Shown here in pieces: positions 41,967 to 53,232 of a DNA stretch of 64,000 nucleotides; positions within the stretch are counted from its first letter, which is position 1, and the number at the start of each line of letters is the position of its first letter. Under the pieces are notes generated by a model. It was not told the DNA's origin, searched no databases, and saw only the letters and a list, made by a program, of their open reading frames with translations. Source of the stretch: Eledone cirrhosa (Eukaryota). The translations under genes were made by a program, and so were the position numbers. Location of the stretch: positions 24,304,001 to 24,368,000 of the forward strand of contig OZ024742.1 of the NCBI GenBank assembly GCA_964016885.1. The letters are read 5' to 3'.

Positions 41967-42609
41967 AAAGTCACTTGGACAAAGATATTTCCTAAATGAT
42001 CCCCGCCAGAAACGAATTCAAAATGGCTAAGAACATCTGCTTTAAGTTTAAGTTTAAGTCTACTGTCCCACCATACCATGAAACGTGGCAGTGGTCAAGT
42101 CAGAAAAAATGTGATTGGTGTCTTACGGCTAGTAGGCTGGTTGCTAGAAAGCGCAGCCTAATATTGCCCAAATTGCATCTCAACGTTATGGGAGATTATC
42201 AAATATAAAGATTTACATATACACAAACTAGACAGAGTTATAGATATATTTTTGGCAACCATTCACGATGTGGCTCAATGATGAATTAATAAATTAAATA
42301 ATCAGAGCAATATACTATAAATTATGTCCTTAGAATCATTTAATAAGATATATATACTCAATTTCCTCTCCAAATTAGCATAATCAACCACACAAAAAAC
42401 AAATTAAACCAGGCTATAAGATTAAAAGGCACCTGTGAAGAAATAATAGATAAATAAACGATAGCCATTTATTCGCGATCAGCAGCCATAGAATATTTAC
42501 CCATCATTTGAATAGCACGTGAAAATCGTTTAAATATATCGTTAACCATACACAATTAGGTATAAAATTAATGTTAGAAGAAAAATGCATATACACATAC
42601 CAGGATTAC

Positions 42610-42690
42610 GTTTCTACCCTTAGGGTTTCGTTCGCTTTCGGAAATATCCTATCAAGGATAAATTCTCAAGCTTCGAACTCATCAGAAAAC
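42610..42690 (-). ncRNA. type I hammerhead ribozyme, canonical core
   Basis: gtttt CTGATGA gttcg..cgaac GAAA ccc-taa-ggg TA^gaaac. Confidence 0.9.
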
Positions 42691-42920
42691 AAACTCACTT
42701 GGACAAAGACTTTTTCCTAAATGATCCCCACCAGAAACGAATTCAAAATGGCTAAGAACTGTGACGTGGCAGTGGTCAAGAATATGATTGGTGTGTTACG
42801 GCTAGTAGGCTGGTTGCTAGAAAGCGCAGCCTAATATTGCCCAAATTGCATCTCAACCTTATGGGAGATTATCAAATATAAAGATTTACATATACACAAT
42901 ATATATATATATATATATAC

Positions 42921-42951
<31 letters not shown>

Positions 42952-43056
42952 CGAAAATATATATATATATACGTATGTATGTATATATATACGTATGTAT
43001 ATATATATATATAAATATATACGTATGTATATATATGTGTATATATATATATATAT

Positions 43057-43094
<38 letters not shown>

Positions 43095-43158
43095 GTATGT
43101 ATATATATATATCATCGTATATATACGTATGTATATATATATCATACGTATGTATATA

Positions 43159-43236
<78 letters not shown>

Positions 43237-43353
43237 TATATATATATATATACATATATATACATACGTATATATATATACACACATATATATACATACG
43301 TATATATACATATATATATATGTGTGTATATATATATATATTTATATATATTA

Positions 43354-43952
43354 TGTCAGGTCACCAGTTGGTGCTACTGGTAACATGTATCCCAGTACAT
43401 CCTGTCTCATGGTCGGGTCGTTGGCAACTAAACTGGCAACCCCAGGTTTCTTGGTGAGGAGGGTTACTTTGGACATCCTGCAGGACTAAAAACAAAACCT
43501 GTCAAAGGGCAAAGGAGCTCTTAAGTGTCAATGGCCATCCAAAATCACCGGGAGAGATGACCCCTTAACCTTTGTCAAGGCAGAATTCTAGGAGAAGGAA
43601 AACTCTGATATAACACCTGCAACCCTGATGGTATCCAATGATGTTGACTTGTTGTTCTTTTTGGTAAATATCATCTTGGTTAAGAGAGTGGGACTGGCTT
43701 TGTGCAGTGCCTTTGCTCACTATAAAAGCTTCACGGCACAGGCATTGCTTTGTATCTGGAGATCTCTCTGCACTTGTCATCACATGGTAACATGGGCCCA
43801 GCACTGTCAATAATTGTCACAAGTGTAGTGTTTGTACCAGAGTTTTCAAGTCGCTGGCTGGACTAAAAATTCACACTCGTTCAGCGCATCGGTAGGGGTT
43901 CTCCTACATATAAAGTAGTGGCCATACTCGAAAACGAGTTGGCAGCCACCAT
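43354..43952 (+). mobile_element. internally deleted (bipartite) non-autonomous RTE/BovB-type element
   Basis: 5'UTR motif tctaggagaaggaaaactctga (43587-43608). ORF-terminal C2H2 finger HKCSVCTRVFKSLAGLKIHTRSAHR* (43818-43895). 3' hairpin ctcg-aaaa-cgag. Confidence 0.7.
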
Positions 43953-44055
43953 TTATATATATACGTATGTATATATGTGTGTATAAATATATATATACGT
44001 ATGTATATATATGTATATATATATATATATGTGTGTGTATGGGTATATATATATA

Positions 44056-44097
<42 letters not shown>

Positions 44098-44100
<3 letters not shown>

Positions 44101-44536
44101 TCATCATCATCATCACCGTTTTACGTCCGTTCTTCCACGCTAGCATGGGTTAGACGGGTTGTCCTGTTGTGGGCAGTGTCTGGTCGGCTGACCATGCCTT
44201 GCTCATACAGGAACTGATCTGGCTTGATTTCTACAGCTGGATGCCCTTCCTAACACCAACCTCATTTACAGTGAGTGCTGGGTGCTTTTTCGTGGCGCCT
44301 ACACGTCCACTTTACAGTGTGGGCTGGGTGCTTTTTTGCCGTGGCACCTCCACGACCACCTTGCGGTGGGGGGGGCATATTGTTTATATGCTTCAGCATG
44401 TACCCATGGGAGGTCGGGTACCCTGTATTACTGCGTGACGCCAGAAGTCACGGTCGTGTGTCATTGACTTTGAGAGGTGTAGTTGGGTAAGGTCGGCTTT
44501 TATCACCTCATCCCAAGTCATCTTGGGTCTCCCCAA
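44098..44536 (-). mobile_element. 3' end of RTE-a
   Basis: Nearly identical to 49613-50047. Confidence 0.95.
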
Positions 44537-44550
44537 TATATATATATACG

Positions 44551-44591
<41 letters not shown>

Positions 44592-44624
44592 GTATATATA
44601 TATATGTGTATATATATATATATA

Positions 44625-44834
44625 GTTATGCTTTGGGAGGGTCATGTTGCCAATAAGAAACACACGCACCAGTTGCTTTCACTCCAATTCATTATAAATT
44701 ATATTTATAAATTTAAGAATTTATAAATTTTCGGTTGGTTGGCTGGTTCCATAACCGGACGGTTGTTCATATATCGTCAAAGTTCTTTCGTCACACATTA
44801 TGTGACCTCTTCAGTGTGATCAAATTCAGAAACG
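44625..44834 (-). mobile_element. PLE-c pLTR fragment with intact-core HHR (44776-44816) and short inverted tip
   Basis: ca CTGAAGA ggtcaca-taatg-tgtgac GAAA gaac TT^tgac. The element ends in caaattcagaaacg, the inverted terminus. Confidence 0.85.
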
Positions 44835-45373
44835 ATATATATATATATATATTGTAATATATATATATATAGATATAGATATATTGTAATATATATATAT
44901 ATATTGTAAATGAACTCCATCAAAGAGTTTCCACAGCTTTAGCCTACAGCTTTGTCATGATTTTCTTTCTGTTTATAATTTCAACTTTAAAGGTAAAAAA
45001 TATAAGAAACAAAAAACAAAACAAAAATAATCTTTGCACAATATTTTATTAAAGTTGCTTTCCTTTTTTTTGAGAATTTATATTTAATAATTTATCATTT
45101 TTTTTTTATCATTATGTCTGTAAATATCCTTTCGTTATTAATCGAGAAACACAGGCATATAATGATCTAAAATAATGAGTTTCTATATAATATATTAAAC
45201 AATATATCTAGAAGATATAATAAAGCAGCTGTACATGTTGCATCAATGAAGATTATCTTTAGATTCCCTTGTGTTGTGTTGCTGGCAATAATATGTTGTC
45301 ATTTCGTCAACTCCCATGACTCTAACGAATCCTAGGATAACAAATATATATAATGCATAAATATATATATATA

Positions 45374-45404
<31 letters not shown>

Positions 45405-45454
45405 CCTAGGATAACAAATATATATAATGCATAAATATATATATATGTGTGTGC

Positions 45455-45498
<44 letters not shown>

Positions 45499-47004
45499 TT
45501 GTATGTATATGCGCATGTATACATATATGTGTATGTATGTATATATATATGTGTATATATATATATATTTATATATATATATATTTATATATATATATAT
45601 TTATATATATATATAGTTCTTTTTTAAATTTGATTTTCTTTTTGCATGAATATGAAAAACTCTGCCATTTGCTTGTCGATTGATGATTTAATGTCTCTCA
45701 CATTTAATATCAACATCATCATTGCCATCACCAATTTTATATCCAATTTTCCAAGCTTGGATGGGTTAGATGGGACATTTATGAGGCAGTGTTTTATTGC
45801 CAGAGGGGTCTTCCATGATATTAACCGAAATAATATAATATTTATTATGCCTTTTCAGTGAATCTGGATAGATGGAAACAATTTGGAAGCCATTCGCTGT
45901 TCTGTATGTCAGAAGGGACAGGCTTTGTCAAATATTTGTGTAGAGCTTATTTAAATCAAGAATAAAGTTAAGGGTAGAATTTTTAATTGAAAGGGGCCTG
46001 CTTTGTGTCACAAGAAGGCATCCAGCTGTAGAAACCAAGCCAAAATTGGTTCTGACCTGGTATTGCTCACAACAGGATAACTCGTCTAACCCATGCCAGT
46101 GTAGAAAAATGGTCGTTAAATGGAAATGATGATGATGATGGGATATGCTGAATCACACTGAATTGACTATTACATTATGGGTACAGGCGTTTGTGGCATG
46201 CTCAGCCACTTACATGTTAAAATCATGAACAGGCAGTTGTATTGATTGAACAACTGAAATACTCATCTTCAAAAATGACGGAGGTCCATTCCATCAATGA
46301 TAGAAAAGTTTATTTGACAATGAAGCCACATGTTGCCATTAATCTCATTTCCCCTATACAATGTTTTTATAATATATAAATAATATAAAGATTACTATGG
46401 TTTGTATTGTGAAGTTTGTAATTTACATTAAAATAACATGACATATCAAGATGTAATTTCTACTGTGTAGTTTCTCATATGCTTTGTTAAAATTATGACA
46501 ACTCAGAATATCTTTTCAACTGTATATTTTTGTCATTTTGTGTTAGAATTATTAATTAATTACCAGATTCAAATGTGTTTTTTTTATTTGATATATTATG
46601 TAACTTAGGCTGTTAACATTATTCATTAACATAATGTGAAAGTGTATTTTCAAAGTTAAGCTACTAAATCTAATACTAACATACTAACTTTGAAATTAAA
46701 TTAAGTTACTAACAGTAAAGAAATATATTTTATGTTGTTATCATTGGTTGTCTTAAATTATTGTATGTCTATGTTGTTGTTCATATTAGGGACATTTTAT
46801 TAGATCGTTTAGTATTTGTTGGTAGGGTGTGATTATTTAAAAATTGGTAGGGTGTAATTATTTAAAAAGTTTGATTGATTTCTAGCAGATCAAGCAAAGG
46901 TATCATGTTTTCATCATCATCAATCATCGTGGCTTCATCATTATCATCATCATGACTTCATCTCCTCATTATCATTGTTAATGTCCATTTTTCACACTAA
47001 CAGT

Positions 47005-47165
47005 TTTGGGAAGGAGAAAGTCAATTAAATTGACTCCAGTGCATTACCGGTATTTTATTTTCTCAATTACCTTGGCGAGATTTGAACTCAGAATGTTAAA
47101 AGGCTGTAACTCTGTGCTGCAAAGCCGAGTATCTGACACTCTACCGTTACTACCAATCCATCACC
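47005..47165 (-). mobile_element. degraded Nin-type SINE
   Basis: Similar to 19448-19662. Confidence 0.55.
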
Positions 47166-48178
47166 CTGATAATACTAATAATGAAATGTTTTATAATAAT
47201 AGTTATAGTTTTATAATAATAGTTTCTCACATTAGATAATTGGTTCTGACAAATATCATATTATTTTAGCTATATTTTACAGCAAATAAAAGTAATATTG
47301 TCATTTATTTATTTTTGTGTGGATTTTTTTACACCCACCCCCACCTCTAGCATTTTAATTATGATTTTTTTAAATGCTTTTCAATTTTTATTATTTGAAG
47401 ATCAGAAATTCAGAATCTGCATAAACATTTTTATTACTAAAATAAAAAATACAATTCTCTTAAATTAATATTTTTTCAACCAGAAATAAATTAAAGTTAG
47501 GGCATTTACAGTTGTAGTAGCTTTTGTTTGTATATGAATATATTTTGTTTACATTTGAAAGCATTTAATTGAAGATACATAGCATATTGATTACAGTGTT
47601 TGGTTTATGATCATACGGTTGTGAGTTTGATTACTGGCAGAGTTTGTGTCCTTGAGTAAGACATTTTATTTCACATTGTTTCAGTTTGCTCAGTTGGCAA
47701 AATTGAGGTGTACCAAAGGGTCTGTTAAATTACACACTGACATGCAGAATCTACCTGAGAACTAGTGAAATGCCCTGCAGGGCATTGTGTACATGAGGAA
47801 GACATTTTATTTTGCATTGCTTCAGTGTGTTGAGTAGGAAAAATTGAGGTGTACCTGTAATGCATTTTTTCTTGAATTACCAGTCTAAAGAGCAGATCAA
47901 TGCTAGAGTTAGGTCCATAACTTCTTTGGGTGGTAGTGAGCCAATCCTCTGTGAAATGTGCAGAATAGGTCAATACGCAATAAAAAAAAAACAAAAAACT
48001 AACTATATGTAAATGAAACTTTGTTTACTTTAATATGTACACTCTGCTTGTGCATCGAGTGCTACATTTTGTATCACCACCAGTAATTCACTGAAACACA
48101 TACAGTGTGTGTGTCTATGTATATATATATATATATGTGTGTGTGTGTTTATATATAGTATATATATATATATATATA

Positions 48179-48408
48179 TAATATTAACTATATTAATAAA
48201 TGGAAAATATCTTTATAATACCATATTTATTTTATTATACATATTTCAAGGACACAAAATTTTAGTGTGAGTTCATCAGATAAAATATAATATTTGGTGT
48301 ATTTTATCTGATGAGAGCACACTAAAATTTTGTATCCTTGAAATACGTATAATAAAATAAATATTGTATTATAAAGATATTTTCTATTTATTAATATTGT
48401 TAATATTA
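48179..48408. repeat. 230-bp imperfect palindrome with outward-facing hammerhead motifs (48300-48359 plus strand, 48228-48287 minus strand)
   Basis: tattttat CTGATGA..GAAA tacgta TA^ataaaata. 8-bp stem I, palindromic stem III, imperfect stem II. Confidence 0.8.
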
Positions 48409-48497
48409 ATAATACTCCAGATAAATTTGTAGAGTGCTTCTAATCTGTTATAAAATTAACTTTGTTGAATAATAATCAACAAACCATATAACTCATT

Positions 48498-48568
<71 letters not shown>

Positions 48569-48974
48569 CTTGCAGATTCTCAATATCTGATGTTGGACAA
48601 CAAAGAGCATGATAAATGACAGTTAGCCACTTTACATTAGGAAATGACAGAATGAACAATGGAGTGCTATACTTAATAAATCATTGTACAATATATAGCA
48701 CAGGGATAAAATGTCCCCAGTACATGCTATGAAGTTATTAGCATTAGGAAGAGCATTCAGTCAAAGAATTCAACCCCAAATAGGATTATATGAGCAAGAC
48801 ATAGACACCTGTATAATCTAACCTCAATATATGATAACTCATCTAACCCATGGAAGCATGGGTTAGATGATGATATCTAGCATAAACCTGCCTGTAGGTG
48901 ATGATAATTGAGTTTTTCTCATTTGCATATATGTGTAAACTTACAATATTATTGACCATCTTTGCAACAACAAC

Positions 48975-49135
48975 CATGAGCACCTTTTTTGAATTACATA
49001 TGTCTATCAACCATGGACATGCTTACAAAATCAGAAAAAAATACAGCTTCCATGATTTTCGGAAAAGGTTTTCTTGCTCAGAGTTGCTGAAGCATGGAAC
49101 AAACTACCTTGGATCAGTTGTTAACTGTTGCTAGT
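48975..49135 (+). mobile_element. CR1/L2-type LINE 3' fragment
   Basis: HGHAYKIRKK..FRKRF then LRVAEAWNKLP, matching the CR1-group C-terminal motif. Confidence 0.65.
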
Positions 49136-49612
49136 GTTCGTATCACAATAAAACACCAAATTCATCCAGTAAAGTGTTATTGTTGATGCCATATTAAAAT
49201 ATGCTCAGTCCAGTCTGTAAAGTGATCGTGTTGGTGCCACAAAAAAAAGAACATGCCAAGGATACAATGTAATGTGGTTGTTGATAGGAAGGGCATCTAG
49301 CCATAGAATCCATGCTATATATAAAATGTATGAAGATGACGTGGTCAGCTAACTGGTCTCATTTCAGAATGTGACTACATGTTCAGCTTATGACAGCATG
49401 GAAAATGGATATAAAATTGTGGTTGGCATTAGGAAGGGCATCCAAGCATAGGAACCAAGAAAAACAGGGTCATCTGACCTCTACTTGCCTCAGATAGGAC
49501 AACCCATCTAACCCATGTTAGCATAGAAAATGGATGTTAAATGGTAATGAAGATGAAATATATCATCATCATCATCATTGTTTAACATCCATCTTCTCCG
49601 CTAGCATGGGTT

Positions 49613-52600
49613 ATCATCATCACCGTTTTACGTCCGTTCTTCCACGCTAGCATGGGTTAGACGGGTTGTCCTGTTGTGGGCAGTGTCTGGTCGGCTGACC
49701 ATGCCTTGCTCATACAGGAACTGATCTGGCTTGATTTCTACAGCTGGATGCCCTTCCTAACACCAACCTCATTTACAGTGAGTGCTGGGTGCTTTTTCGT
49801 GGCGCCTACACGTCCACTTTACAGTGTGGGCTGGGTGCTTTTTTGCCGTGGCACCTCCACGACCACCTTGCGGTGGGGGGAGTGGGGGCATATTGTTTAT
49901 ATGCTTCAGCATGTACCCATGGGAGGTCGGGTACTCTGTATTACTGCGTGACGCCAGAAGTCACGGTCGTGTGTCATTGACTTTGAGAGGTGTAGTTGGG
50001 TAAGGTCGGCTTTTATCACCTCATCCCAAGTCATCTTGGGTCTCCCCACTCCGCGGTTTCCATCAACTTCTAGTGCTCTGCACCTTTTTATGCAGCTGTC
50101 ATCCTTCATACGCATCACATGTCCATACCAGCGTAACCGCCTCTCCTGCACGCAGCATTTGATTCCTCTTATGCTCAGTCTCTCTCTCAATTCCTTTATG
50201 CTTTGTTGTTCACGTATATTACTGTTACACATCCATCGGAGCATGCAGGCTTCGTTTCTCTCTAATCTACGTAAGTCTTCCACCTTCAGCGCCCAGGTCT
50301 CACTACCATGCAACATCGCTGTTCGGATACACGCATCATACAGTCTGCCTTTCATTCTGAGGGAGAAGCCTTTTGCAGCTAGCAGTGGTAGTAGTTCCCT
50401 AAACTTCTTCCATCCCGTTCTTACCCTAGTTATTGTACCTTCTGAACACCCACCTCCGTTGCTAATTCGGTCACCTAGGTAGCAGAAGCTGTCTACTGTT
50501 TCTACAGGGCCCTCCCAGAGATTGGTGGTACTTGTTTCCTGTGGCTGTTTGCTTGCTGTTTCAGCACAGCTGCTGCATGTGAATCCTACATTCTTAATTA
50601 AGCTTCCTGAGATCCCGCTACATCTCTTGTGTACCCATTGTTTGCATTTGGGGCAGAGAATGGAGTTCCTACCTACACCTTTCCTACATACTGAGCAAGG
50701 CCATTTCCCTGAGGGGATCTGGGTTCTGTTTTCTCGTCTACTTACAAGGACCTTAGTCTTTGTCATGTTGACTTTGAGGCCCTTTCTCTCTAGTCCCTGC
50801 TTCCAGGTTTGGAATTTATTCTCTAGTTCTACCATAGATTCAGCTATGAGTGCGAGGTCATCAGCATACAGGAGTTCCCATGGGCATTCGGTCTTAAACT
50901 CCTCCGTTATTGCCTGCAGGACTATGATGAACAGGAGAGGGCTAAGAACAGAGCCCTGGTGGACCCCAACCTGTACGCTAAATTCCTCGCTATACTCATT
51001 GCTAATCCTAACTTTGCTGACTGCTCCCCTATACATGGCTTGTACCGCTTTCACAAGCCATTCATCTACTCCTAGTTTTCTAACAGCCCACCAGATTACT
51101 GCACGTGGAACTCTGTCAAAGGCTTTCTCAAGGTCGACAAATGCCAAGTAGAGTGGCTTACTTTTAGCTAGGTACTTTTCCTGTAATTGCCTCACAAGGA
51201 AGAGGGCATCAGTGGTGCCTTTCCCTGGTACAAACCCAAATTGCATCTCGTCTATATTCACCCGGTCCCTAATCAGCTGTGCTATAACTCTTTCTGTTAC
51301 TTTCATGACCTGGTCCATCAACTTTATACCTCTATAGTTTCCTCTATCTAGTGCATCGCCTTTACCTTTGTAGCAGTTGACAATGATGCTACTGCACCAA
51401 TCTTTTGGTATGGCCCCTTCTAGTATTACCTGGTTAACGATACGTGTGGTTATAGTGTGACCTACAGACCCAGATGCCTTCAGCATCTCGGCAGCTATAC
51501 CCGATGGACCGGTTGCCTTCCCTATCTTCATATCTCTGATTGCCTTACTTACTACGCTGCCGCTGACTTGTACTGCTGGTCCCTCTATAGGGTCTACGTG
51601 GGGTAGGGTCTCTTCTTCCCATGCATTCTCCTCATTTAGTAATCTATCATAATGACTCTTCCATGCATCTTTCTTCTCAGCACTTGTGAGGGCAAGCTCA
51701 CCTTTATCATTCCGGATACACTTCTCTCCAATGACATCACAACTATCTCTGACACACTGCCTCGCAATCTTGAATACCTCCTGTTTCTGGTCCTCACGTT
51801 GTAAAACATGCTTGAATTTTCTATCCTCTGCTTCCCTCCTAGCTAAGTATACTTGTTGCCTAGCTTCCCTCTTGGTCTCTATGTAATGTACCCTGCTCCC
51901 CCCGTTCTTCCATTCTTTCCATGCCTGTCTCTTGGCCTTGACTGCTTCATCTACCTTATTGTTCCACCACCAAGTCACTCTCCTCCTGCTTGAGGTCTTA
52001 CTCCAGCCACAAACCTCATCCGTCGCCTCTAGTAAGTTATTTTTTAGGAACTCCCAGTTCTCTTCTACGTTAAATGTCTCTATCTGTTCTTCTTTACTGT
52101 CGTAGGCGTTGAGTAAAATATCTTTAAATCTGTTACTGGTTGAGGGGACTTTCAGCTTCCAGATCTTTCTTCTCCAGGTTGGCCTCTGTTTCCGGGTTCG
52201 TCTAGTTCTGACCGTGAGGTCGCTGACAACTAAGCTATGTTGGGATGTACATTCCTCAATAGGGAAGGCTTTTGTGTTTACGACCGTCCATCTGTCACGT
52301 CCTCTGATGAGGATAAAATCTAACTGACTAGAGTGCTCCCCTGATCTATAGGTGATCAGGTGGTTGTCGGATTTTTTAAAGTTTGTGTTACATATCGACA
52401 TGTCATTGGCGTCGCAGAATTCTAGAAGTCTGAATCCTTCCTCATTCCTTGTGCCAACTCCATGGCCTCCATGTACTCTATTGAAGCCGTCGCAGTGTTT
52501 ACCTACATGTCCGTTAAAATCTCCTGCAATGATTAGGAAGTCCTTGTCGTCTGTTAGAGCAGTAGTGTGTATTAGGGACTCGTAAAACCTATCCTTAAGT

Positions 52601-53232
52601 TCGTCTGGCAGCCCCGATTGGGGTGCGTAAGCTGATATTATTGTGGTAATTGTCTTATTCAGGACTAGTCTGAGTTTAATGATTCTTGCATTTACCCTGT
52701 ACACTGAGATTACTTTATCTACCCACTTGTCAGCTAATAGTATACCTACACCACCCATCCCATCGTCATTTCCCACCCAGAAATATTTGTAGCACTGGCT
52801 TTTTCCTACAAGGACTCTAGCAGACTCTCCTCTCCATCTAGTCTCTTGCACACAGCATACATCAACTTCCTTTCGCTCTAGCATTTCTACGATTTCTCCT
52901 GCTCTTCCTTTCATTGAGCCTACATTGATGGTACCAACTCGGAGTTTTGGGCATTTGTCGACACTCGTAGGGGAGGGTCTCTGGGTTGGCGCTTCACGTG
53001 GGTGCTTGGTAGCTCGCAGATTCATATTTCATCTATTGATTCAGAGTTGCTCAAATGTATTCTCAGCTCATCCATCCATAACGTTGGGAAAATTGAGGGC
53101 TAGAAGAACAGTGGTGGTGGGGTAATGGCAGGGTGTGTTGGGATGCGCCAGAGGAGGAGAGAGTTAGTTAGGCAGGTAGTAGCAGCAGCAGTGGAAATGG
53201 CATGCTAGGTTTGATTGGTCGAATAGGGTTAT
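49613..53232 (-). mobile_element. apparently full-length RTE non-LTR retrotransposon (RTE-a)
   Basis: Single intact ORF, ~200-nt leader, ~290-nt 3'UTR and (GAT)n tail. Confidence 0.95.
49906..53025 (-). CDS. RTE ORF: AP endonuclease plus reverse transcriptase with inserted PHD-type finger, 1039 aa
   Basis: APE motifs GTINV, VQETRW, SAYAPQ, GDFNGHVG, LDFIL, SQH. RT motifs [30 protein letters not shown]4HC3 at 50566-50697. Confidence 0.97.
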   Translation of the reverse strand: MNLRATKHPREAPTQRPSPTSVDKCPKLRVGTINVGSMKGRAGEIVEMLERKEVDVCCVQETRWRGESARVLVGKSQCYKYFWVGNDDGMGGVGILLADKWVDKVISVYRVNARIIKLRLVLNKTITTIISAYAPQSGLPDELKDRFYESLIHTTALTDDKDFLIIAGDFNGHVGKHCDGFNRVHGGHGVGTRNEEGFRLLEFCDANDMSICNTNFKKSDNHLITYRSGEHSSQLDFILIRGRDRWTVVNTKAFPIEECTSQHSLVVSDLTVRTRRTRKQRPTWRRKIWKLKVPSTSNRFKDILLNAYDSKEEQIETFNVEENWEFLKNNLLEATDEVCGWSKTSSRRRVTWWWNNKVDEAVKAKRQAWKEWKNGGSRVHYIETKREARQQVYLARREAEDRKFKHVLQREDQKQEVFKIARQCVRDSCDVIGEKCIRNDKGELALTSAEKKDAWKSHYDRLLNEENAWEEETLPHVDPIEGPAVQVSGSVVSKAIRDMKIGKATGPSGIAAEMLKASGSVGHTITTRIVNQVILEGAIPKDWCSSIIVNCYKGKGDALDRGNYRGIKLMDQVMKVTERVIAQLIRDRVNIDEMQFGFVPGKGTTDALFLVRQLQEKYLAKSKPLYLAFVDLEKAFDRVPRAVIWWAVRKLGVDEWLVKAVQAMYRGAVSKVRISNEYSEEFSVQVGVHQGSVLSPLLFIIVLQAITEEFKTECPWELLYADDLALIAESMVELENKFQTWKQGLERKGLKVNMTKTKVLVSRRENRTQIPSGKWPCSVCRKGVGRNSILCPKCKQWVHKRCSGISGSLIKNVGFTCSSCAETASKQPQETSTTNLWEGPVETVDSFCYLGDRISNGGGCSEGTITRVRTGWKKFRELLPLLAAKGFSLRMKGRLYDACIRTAMLHGSETWALKVEDLRRLERNEACMLRWMCNSNIREQQSIKELRERLSIRGIKCCVQERRLRWYGHVMRMKDDSCIKRCRALEVDGNRGVGRPKMTWDEVIKADLTQLHLSKSMTHDRDFWRHAVIQSTRPPMGTC

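Larger units (their letters stand above)
41596..42898 (-). repeat. ~1.8x tandem repeat, ~720-bp period, one canonical hammerhead per unit (retrozyme candidate 3)
   Basis: Units start at 41596 and 42316 on the plus strand. Flanked by (TA)n, no ORF. Confidence 0.9.

Noticed and set aside
45290-45330. Half hammerhead on the minus strand (ga gtca..tgac GAAA tg-acaa-ca TA)
   Set aside because: The CUGANGA core and 5' stem I are missing. It may be a truncated remnant, but this cannot be supported.
53026-53232. HDV-like ribozyme in the RTE-a leader
   Set aside because: No nested double pseudoknot could be fitted by eye.
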